From contig BDGG01000002.1 in the NCBI GenBank assembly GCA_001949185.1, positions 3,717,826 to 3,781,825 on the forward strand: 64,000 bases of DNA. Reading direction: 5' to 3'. Made by a program: the position numbers and the translations under genes. A model generated the notes under the pieces. It searched no databases. It saw only the letters and a list, made by a program, of their open reading frames with translations, and had not been told where the DNA came from. Positions 55,584 through 64,000 of the stretch are shown here, in pieces (position 1 is the stretch's first letter; the number at the start of each line of letters is the position of its first letter). This stretch comes from Ramazzottius varieornatus (Eukaryota; Animalia; Tardigrada).

Positions 55584-57122
55584 TCAGAGGAGCTTCTTTC
55601 TCAGAATGCTCTGTATTTCGTTGATGGTCCTTCCTTTAGTTTCCGGTAGGTTCCAAGCAAGGTACGTTCCAGTGAATAGCAGACAACCGATGAAAATGAT
55701 GTAAGTGTACTCCTCGAGGATGGGAACGAGAAGAGGGAAGCATAGCGTGGTGATCAGCGAGCCCGCCGCACCGACAGCAGAAACCAAGGAAGTTGCAGCG
55801 GATCGAGCTTCTTGACTGAAAAGTTCACTTGGTAGGACGAAGGCCACCGATGCAATTCCTGCTTGGAAGAACGCAAAGAACACAAATACGCATGCTACGT
55901 TACCGTATTTCGCCCACTCGTAGCCTTCCTTTGTCAGTGCCGAAAACGTTACGAACAGTGCCAGCGAAACTATTATCCCGGCATGTCCAACGAGAAGGAG
56001 GGTCTTTCTTCCGGCTCGGTCAACCAGAACTAGCGACAGTAATGTGCCCATGAGACACAGCGCCCACAGCCCGAGGGAGGTGAAATTAGCTCCCTGGTTC
56101 GAAAGTCCCACCCCTGTGAAGATCGACGTGGAGTAGAACGCGAACACCATGTTGCCAGATGACTGGCGTGCAACCGTCGGCATTATGGCTAGCCATAACG
56201 ACGATCGTGACAGCTTATCTTTGAAAAGAGTGGTAACGGACAACTGGTGTTGATGTTTCCGGTTATCCAACTCGTACTGCATCCCTTCCAGCTCGCACTC
56301 TACTTCTTCGGTTCTTCTAAGCCAGACCAGAGCTTTCTTGGCAGCTGCCTTGTCTTGTTTGACTATGAATAGCCGGCGAGGGCTTTCCGGACAAAAAGGA
56401 AGAAGGACAAGCAGGACCATGGACGGCAACGCCGGTACACCCATCAGATAGACCCATCCCCAGCTGTTGCCTAGTACTTCCGGTAAACCTAATCCGCTTC
56501 CGGTTACGCTGCCAGTGACCATTAGTAACATCGGTATGGTGCACATTGCGCCTCGTAGAACCACAGGGCTGATTTCTGAAATATACATTGGTGTTACTGT
56601 CATGAACATCGCGCCGGTGAATCCGATCACAATGCGACCAACCACAAAGATCTCGTAAAGGTGGAGGACAGGAGCGAGACAAAAGATTCCGATGGATATG
56701 ATATTCATGATGCTAATTAGCAGTAAGGCGCGCTTCAAGCCCAGCATTTTTACGAGAGGCACTACGACGAAAATAGAAGCGAGTCCGCCGACGTTGACGA
56801 CAGCGGCTCCGACTGCCCACATTGAACTGAGATGGAGGTTTTCGGACAGCATAAAAGGCTCGTCCTCTTCGAGGATATGCCGACACCAAGTCCATAAGTC
56901 AGAATCGATCTCGGTTCCGTTTGTTCTGTTGAAAACGTGGCCGAACGTCCCTCCGAATTTGGAGCATTGCACTGAGCGCAGCCAGTTGACGATGACCGAC
57001 TGTGGGCCGTTCATGGCCACGGTGACAAATCCCACGGGGAACCATGTTCCAAAAGAGGTGATGAGGACGGCGAATAATAGGGTAGCGGTTAAAGGGCTAT
57101 TGCCATTCTCGCCTAAGCCCAT
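55584..57122 (-). CDS. Intronless GLUT/SLC2A-family sugar-porter MFS transporter, 512 aa, with divergent binding site
   Basis: About 12 TM segments; PMYISEISP..LRG, CPESPR, VDRAGRKTL, ELFSQEAR, LPETKGRT. Confidence 0.92.
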   Translation of the reverse strand: MGLGENGNSPLTATLLFAVLITSFGTWFPVGFVTVAMNGPQSVIVNWLRSVQCSKFGGTFGHVFNRTNGTEIDSDLWTWCRHILEEDEPFMLSENLHLSSMWAVGAAVVNVGGLASIFVVVPLVKMLGLKRALLLISIMNIISIGIFCLAPVLHLYEIFVVGRIVIGFTGAMFMTVTPMYISEISPVVLRGAMCTIPMLLMVTGSVTGSGLGLPEVLGNSWGWVYLMGVPALPSMVLLVLLPFCPESPRRLFIVKQDKAAAKKALVWLRRTEEVECELEGMQYELDNRKHQHQLSVTTLFKDKLSRSSLWLAIMPTVARQSSGNMVFAFYSTSIFTGVGLSNQGANFTSLGLWALCLMGTLLSLVLVDRAGRKTLLLVGHAGIIVSLALFVTFSALTKEGYEWAKYGNVACVFVFFAFFQAGIASVAFVLPSELFSQEARSAATSLVSAVGAAGSLITTLCFPLLVPILEEYTYIIFIGCLLFTGTYLAWNLPETKGRTINEIQSILRKKLL

Positions 57123-57533
57123 CGCAAAGATATTTCAGATTATTTGGCGGCCACAAGAAATTTCAATATGTAGTCGCCACATGGGATCACAGCGATAACG
57201 CTGACGGGCTTCCAAGTTCGGTATTCATACAGTTCGGGATCTGGCATATGAGTAATGGGACGTGTTTTCTACTAAATTTATTTGCGGAAGAAAAATCGAG
57301 CAAGCAAAAAACTTGAGATATGGGAACGATATGTATTTGCGGGAGAGTTTACGACGGTGATGTCGCGAGATATAATCTTTATCGCTCGGTTTTTGGAAAT
57401 CAAAGTAAAACTACGCAGTAGTGTGTCATACCGGTAGTTGGACACTAAGTCTTGCCTGCTGATACCCCGACTTTTGATTACAGGTAGGTCAGAGTACTAC
57501 CGGTGGCCCTTTAACTGATGCAGTAAATGACGA

Positions 57534-58466
57534 TTAGACGATGGATGCTATCCGGCTCTTCCGAGCTTCCCTTCCCATCTTCCGATAGTTCGTTCTCCCA
57601 CCAGAAGATCCTTCCTCTTCCTGTTCTTTCTCGACGGAAGCTATGTTAGGTCTATGTTGTAGTATTTCAACAGCCGAAACTACGAGTTTAGCGCACTTTC
57701 TCTTGGTCGATACCACCAGGATCACAGCCACTAGTAAAAGATACGTAAGAAAGAACCCCGCCTCTATTCCGATGCGGCGACCACGAAACCCGCGACTCCA
57801 GAAGAACACCATACCGAAGCAGCTGTTGGGAACCCACACCAAAGATAGCAAGGCCACGGTGAGCTTTGAGTAGTACAGACCGTACAGTCCCAGAGAGGGT
57901 CCCCAGTAGGTGGCTTGCTGAACCTCCTGAAAGATATGACGAACTTTCCACCCTTCGAACAACGCTGTCTCAATGGACAAGATCCACAAAGTCCAGCGAA
58001 AGCCCATCCACAGGTTGAACCAGACGCATTCCGTGGTGTGGCATTGGCTGGTGTCAGCTGGAAACAACGTTGGAATTCCGGATGGCGTTTGAGTCAGAGA
58101 ACTGTTACCTTCGTCCACAGTAAGGAACACTTCCGGGTCGGTTTCGTAGCCTGAAAAATATTACCGTCCAATCTTGTCAGTCTTTACGTTACTGGAAAAA
58201 CTTTGCCGATGCATACCTTGGAACACAACCAGCCAAACCAAAGCAATACATCCATGAAGGTAAAAGCAGGGAAGCCAGAATCGTGGTGCGGTAGGAGGAA
58301 CGTTGACGACGGGACGATCACTGGTCGTATTTATCCGAAACCTCGTAGCGACTTCCAGCAATGCCATTACTCTGCCAACGGCAAGCGCCAAAACAATATA
58401 CTGTAGGCAACTAACATCTCGAAAGCTGCATTGTGCCTTTCTACTGCCGCAGTGCACACCTTCCAT
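57534..58466 (-). CDS. Hypothetical multi-pass membrane protein
   Basis: ORFs 58466-58217 and 58150-57534 join in frame through a GTATGC...TTTTTCAG intron; about 5 hydrophobic segments; 5' end unresolved. Confidence 0.55.
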
Positions 58467-58751
58467 CTGCGTCCTTCGCTATCTTCCACGCGGGAACGTT
58501 GAGAAAATACGGAGCTTTCTGTACCGGAAACGGAAGCAAACAGGCCTACAAACACAATGACAGGGTCTTATTACTATACCACCCGCTACTGTGTTATTAG
58601 TTATCGCGTACGGATGTGGTTTCTAGTGTTGCAACACGGAATTTCTAAAAAGACGAAATTTCTAACAGAAACGGATTATCCAATAAAATAAAGAACCAAA
58701 AAAGACAGCTGGGGAACCCAGACCAGAAAGAAAGATCGCTCAGCTTCTTCA

Positions 58752-59222
58752 TCACTTGTCCACGACTCCTTGGCCTGATCCAGGCTGATTTGGTGTCCCG
58801 TACTTCTGAGGCTGAAGAGACTCGCTGTTGCTGATATGGACGCCACCAACGCCAGTCTGTCCTTCAGCGAAGCCACCTTGGTATGTGCCCGTTGGGATAC
58901 CTGTCGCTGCCGCACCTTCACCTGCTCCTGCTTGATGTCCCTGGCCGGGCATATGAGTATGGCTAAACTGTGAATTGAGCTCGGAAGTGACAGCGGAGGT
59001 ATTTCCTAGACTGCCTGCGCCACTTGGAACTCCGCTAGCTTGTCCACCACCAGCCTTGATCAGTTGGGGACTTTCGTCGATACTTCCACCTCCACCGGAT
59101 GTCCCACCCAAGCCAATGGCGTTCGTCCCCACTTCCTTTCCTCCCAGCATCACTTCTTTGTCATCTCGGACAAACTGCGAAGCGTCAACCGGGCCTTTCG
59201 TGTCTTTAGCCGAGGTATCCAT
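58752..59222 (-). CDS. Gly/Ser/Gln/Thr-rich low-complexity protein, 156 aa, probably disordered
   Basis: Open frame from MDTSAK; upstream 5' UTR intron (GTAAGT near 59301, TTTTCAG near 59231); many GG and GQG motifs. Confidence 0.7.
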   Translation of the reverse strand: MDTSAKDTKGPVDASQFVRDDKEVMLGGKEVGTNAIGLGGTSGGGGSIDESPQLIKAGGGQASGVPSGAGSLGNTSAVTSELNSQFSHTHMPGQGHQAGAGEGAAATGIPTGTYQGGFAEGQTGVGGVHISNSESLQPQKYGTPNQPGSGQGVVDK

Positions 59223-59479
59223 CACCACGTCTGAAAACGGAAGGGTTCCAAGCTGCAGCCAACTTTCGATGAAGTAGAGCATCGCGCAGTCAGACACTTA
59301 CGTTCTTCGCGTCCAAGCTGTCCAAGGCGCACGATGTGAGATGGGGAGATGAATCAGTGACCTATGTCGCGAAGAGATGGAGAACACAATGGACGGAAAA
59401 TCGGAGAAAAGGTAGAACAGACTCCACGTAGTACGTTCTGTGGACACCGATGAGCTGCTAAACCGAGCGGCCCAGTATT

Positions 59480-59690
59480 GATTGCCAATCAACTCAGTAG
59501 TGCTCGGTTTAACTTAGCAGCTCTGTCGAACAGGAAATACGATTCGCTGTCATCCCTAAATAGAGTAAAGAACCTGCCACAGGTTGGATCAGGCTACTAG
59601 TGTGGTGAGCGACGTGGGCGCAAACAGCAAGCAGTGGAAGTCCCGCCCCTCTCCAGTCACAACAAACTGACGTCACAGATCAGCTGTTCT
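59480..59690. promoter_or_regulatory. Probable bidirectional promoter with CCAAT, GC box and CRE motifs
   Basis: Lies between head-to-head genes; gccaatc near 59485, cccgccc near 59642, TGACGTCA at 59668-59675. Confidence 0.4.
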
Positions 59691-59823
59691 CGGCGTACAC
59701 GAGAAAAAATTATCTCTGTTAATTTTTACGTTTATGATCCGGGATCACTTGCTCCTCTTACTCTCTGGTTCTGTGTCCCCGCTTGATTATACGCCAAACG
59801 TCAATCAGCCCCGTTTCATCATC

Positions 59824-61720
59824 ATGTTGCAGTCGCCGAAGACCACTCCGAAGTCCAAGGATGCTCCACAAAGCATCGCTGCCTTGGTGAACGATCTCAC
59901 TGCTCTGGAGCATCCTACCCTCAAGGTAAGTCCCTTGCTCTCTTCCCTTCTCACAAGGGGAATTACTTCTCGTCGTTGTAGGTTCCTTATGAAGTATTCA
60001 ACAAGAAGTACCGTCACAGCCAAAAAGTCATCGACAAAGAACAGCACGCTGTCAACAGCGCAGTGGACGAGATGGAGAAGCAGCTGATGGCGTCTGCCAC
60101 ATCCATTCCCGTGATGGTCAACTTGCTGGATAACATGATGGAACGTTTACGAGCTCTGAAACGAAAGGTGAGAGATCGTTTTAACAATTTTCGCTGTCGG
60201 GAAAAATCAGGGGTGTTTCTGTGGCAGACGTCGGACAGTATCGATGAGGACTGCGCTGCTGTGCGTGCGTGCAAAACGCGCATTGCTCACCTGCATACTT
60301 TCACTTCGGACACTCCATCTTTCGAGAAACGAAGACTGGATAGATTGATGGTGGAGCATTGCTTCCGATGTGGATACTACGATAGTGCTTCCCTTCTGGC
60401 AAGGAAGACTGGAGTCGAGGTAATTTTTGGGGAAGATAGTACGATAAACTTTTCTTGCATGCTGGTTTTCCTTGCAGGAACTGGCCAACTTGGACATCTT
60501 CATGGCGGCTCAAGAAATAGAAGCTTCTCTGATGCGAAAAGAGACTGATCAGGCTCTTGCCTGGTGTAACGAGAACAAGTCACGTCTAAAGAAACATAAC
60601 GTAAGTAAAACATATGAGAAAAATGATTGATCTTCCTTATTGTGTTTCGGGCGGTGCCATGGCGCGGTTGATCGTGAACTGTGAATCTGTGATCAAGAGA
60701 TGCGCGACTGGATGTGGAATAAACCAACCAGCTTTGATCTTGCCTGTAGAGTTTTCTGGAGTTCTACCTTCGCCAGCAAGAAGTTATCGAGCTGATCAAG
60801 AAGGGTCGCAAGAGCTGCATGGACGCCATCCTTCACGCTCGACGACATTTCTCGTCTTTCGACGATGTGAGGCAGTACGAGCGGGATATCCAAAAGACGA
60901 TGACGCTACTGGCCGTCTTGAACAAACCTGGAGATATCGAAAATCCTTACTTGGTACGTAGCAAGTGTCCTGCACTTCCGGTGTAAGGCTGTCAGTGGAT
61001 CAGTAAAGATCAATTTTCTTTAGGATCTTTTGTCCGAAGCTCGGTGGACGTGGCTGATCGAAGAGTTCAGACGGGAGAGTGTCAAGATGTACCAATTTAG
61101 TCCGGACTCTGCCTTCTCTGTGGCTCTTCAAGCTGGACTATCAGCACTGAAGACACAGTAATATTCTACTTCGTAGCTTGTATCGTCTGTGCTTTTTTTC
61201 TCGAATTTACATCCGAATGCGTATATACTGTCGGTTTGGTTTTGCAGGAACTGCGTTAGCAAAAACCCGGAAGATGGACTGCAGCGCAACAAGGACTGCC
61301 CAGTGTGCCAAGAGTGTCTCTCTGCTTTGGCGGATCCTCTTCCCTTCGCTCATTGTTCTCAGTCTCGGCTGGTTTGCTACATCACCGGCGAACCTCTGGA
61401 CGAAAGTAACAGGCCCATGATGCTTCCCAATGGTTACGTTTACGGAGAGAAGGTAAGAACGTTTGTGACGAATCGCGACTAAGAACAAACCGGAAACAAC
61501 CTTTACGACAAATCGTAAATCAGATTTTGTGAAACATTCACTTACCTGATTCTTCCATGATCCGGTCCTTCGTTTATTAGGTGAGTATGTGTAAGTGTGT
61601 GATTTTGTTTTCCCGCAGGCTCTGCATCTGATGGCCAGTGAAGACCACGGTATCGTTACCTGCCCAAGAACCAAGGAGGTCTTCAAGATATCAGAAGCGC
61701 AGCGTGTGTTCGTGATGTGA
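59824..61720 (+). CDS. MAEA: Macrophage erythroblast attacher (CTLH/GID E3 ligase RING subunit); multi-exon
   Basis: [43 protein letters not shown] (LisH), [58 protein letters not shown]. Confidence 0.95.
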
Positions 61721-62713
61721 GAAGACTAACCAATGAGGTCTCATGGTCGTTGTGTCACCTTTTGAATCGAAGATTGATTGACTTTCGTATGCTTCATGCC
61801 TTCGTGGCGAAGAAACCCTTCTGTTGAAAGTTTTACCGCACTGCTCAAATACTCGTTTGATCACCAGTGCAGCTTCCCGAAGATAACATTTTCGAAATTT
61901 TCAGTCTTACGTTTTCAATCACGATACCAATTTTACAGTTGTCTTTGGTTCACTTTCCTCTTGTGTTGGTTCCTGGGTTGCTTTGGTCTTTGCTGAGCCA
62001 AGCTGTTGAAAGGAAACTTGTCGAAGCGTTCAAAGTTCTCTTGTTTAGTTACGCAATGGGGGGGGGCTTACTAGCCTTGTGGCAGAGAGCTCAATCTGAT
62101 CCCGTACAACACGGTACAGCGCACTCTTTCCTTTACATACCATCTGAGCTCTGAACGATCGAAGTTGATGTCGATTGCATATTGTGAGGGTTATGTGATC
62201 ATAACGCGTAAGAATTTGAGTCGTCGCCTCGGCTCTCTTTCTTTCTTTTCTTCCGGCCAAGGAAACAGAGGGTTCTATGTTTACATTTTTGAGCCACCAC
62301 CACAAGCACACAAGTACTTGAGGTTATCGATTGGGGGGACACCTTACAAGCACCAGGCCTCAGGAAACGGCGAAGGACATCCTTTCCAACGGCTTCAGGG
62401 CTAGCAACGAGTAATGCGCGCTATGATCGAGCTACGGTGTAGGATCGATCGATCCAGCGGCAACAGCAACCTTGCTGTTTCTGTCTGCAATATCAAACTG
62501 AGACCGTCGCTGCATCAGGAGGAAGGAAAGCGACGGTTGTTTTTACTAACTGAATTTCATGTCGTGAAACAATACACCCTATGCATCCCTTTTTCCTGGT
62601 GTCAGCAATGGAACCTTCTTCGACTCTTGACCTTGCTAATGATTTGTTTGCCTTTCTGTGAGCATTGCTTTCAATGACAGGATGAAATACGAGCACGGGA
62701 GGTTGTCTTCGGG

Positions 62714-62755
62714 AATATGATCGATAATTTTGCAAATATGATCGATAATTTTGCA
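62714..62755. repeat. 21-bp tandem duplication
   Basis: aatatgatcgataattttgca repeated twice. Confidence 0.8.
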
Positions 62756-62805
62756 CTGTACGTGTTGACCTAACGCAAACTCGAGGCTGAGATCCTGACT
62801 CAGGT

Positions 62806-63258
62806 ATGGACGAGTCAGACTCTGACGCGGCGGCGCACTTTCGTCGTCCGGCCTTCGCACCGTCCATTCGGGTGTCTTCAGACACTGAAGGCTCACTGGG
62901 TGATTCTAACGAACCTTCCACGTCCGCTGGATTGAAGGGTGGTCGCAGGAGAAAAATGTCATGGATCGTGCAGCCCCATGAACCTGCTATTTATGATGTG
63001 GCATCAGGGACGTACACGGGACCCAGTCCACCGCAGTCACGTTCCACCCAGTCGTCGGGATCAGCACGTTCGACATCGATAGGTCGACAGGAGGAATCGA
63101 CCACCACGACCACGACGGACGCGGCACCGTTGCTGGAGAAAACCATGCCTGTCTTGGTGGATTACTTGGAGAATATCGACTCGCTAGGATCTGGCGGATT
63201 CCACCTAGGTGAGAAAACGGGAACTCGGCAAACAAACTCAACGAGATCGTTTTCCCAA
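62806..63258 (+). CDS. First exon of an unidentified gene with a Ser/Thr-rich N-terminus; probably continues downstream
   Basis: Open frame of about 150 codons from ATG with a plausible donor caa|gtgcgc; no domain recognised. Confidence 0.45.
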
Positions 63259-64000
63259 GTGCGCACATTCTCAGTGCAATTAGCTGGTAGCGTCCGCCGA
63301 GTGGGAGAACACTCTTGTCGAGTTTTTCAAATGGCGCACGTTCATAGCCAATAGTACTGAAAGTATCCGCCACTTGGAAAACGATGAAGTCGGATGTGTT
63401 AGCCGAGCTTCCAAGTATTTCCACTTCCTCAGTAAAAGTTCCACTTTATTTCAGTATCCAAACGAGGTATTTTTACAATCGAGAAACATTTGTTCTGTTT
63501 TTTTCAAGACGGGACATTTCGGTCCGTTTTCGGAAAAACAGGTGGACCAAGAATACATAATCATACCAAGCATGTTCAGCCAAATGTTTTCTTCCCAAAA
63601 GCCGGAGGGGGTTTTCTCAGGCGCGGGTCGGGGTGTCAAAATCTCGTTTTTCGGGCTTTGTCCCTCCTAATAAATACATTATAGGTTTAGGGTTTCAGCA
63701 CGGCCTTGTAAATGACCTCGAAAACATTGTTCTCCCGCTGGGAGACGAGACTTCAGCACGGCCGGCGCTTGCCTTTTCTCTGTCGTGTTACGAAATACCC
63801 CTATCCTGTGTGGTAGTCCAACTTGACACGTTGCTGTGTGCGTAACACGATGGCTTTATGAGGGAAATAATCTTGTGAAGTACCCTGCAGGTTTTATACC
63901 CATACTTGCTGGTATTGGGTTCCCGAGTATTAATAGTTTAGCGTTGTCCCACTTACGGGGGTACCGAAACCAGGGACGAAATTACCGTCGCACCTCGATT

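Noticed and set aside
63505-63670. Possible MITE (gggaca...tgtccc)
   Set aside because: Inverted match too short and no TSD

Overview
Eukaryotic (animal) genomic DNA with mostly short GT-AG introns of about 60-110 bp and one 50-N gap. The compact, ciliated-invertebrate character is tardigrade-like, but that taxon is only an inference. Recognisable host genes: a C5orf24-like AT-hook-repeat gene, CDC34/UBE2R, SLC38A9, CFAP43, an alkaline phosphatase pseudogene, an SLC35F-type transporter, INPP5E, a divergent CaMKK, an intronless GLUT-family transporter that has lost most hexose-binding residues, and MAEA, plus several orphan ORFs. The most striking structure is a nest of DNA transposons at 7.57-15.48 kb. 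A TA-flanked MITE is split by a 7.7-kb Sola-type element (31-bp TIRs, AAAT TSD). That element carries a BED-finger ORF upstream of its decayed transposase and a complete-looking, divergently oriented cargo gene (TATA box, introns, polyA signal) for a small signal-peptide/membrane protein. A 3-kb pogo-type element (DD39D spacing) sits in an intron of the Sola transposase. Many small MITEs are scattered through introns and intergenic DNA. No rRNA, tRNA or CRISPR array was seen.
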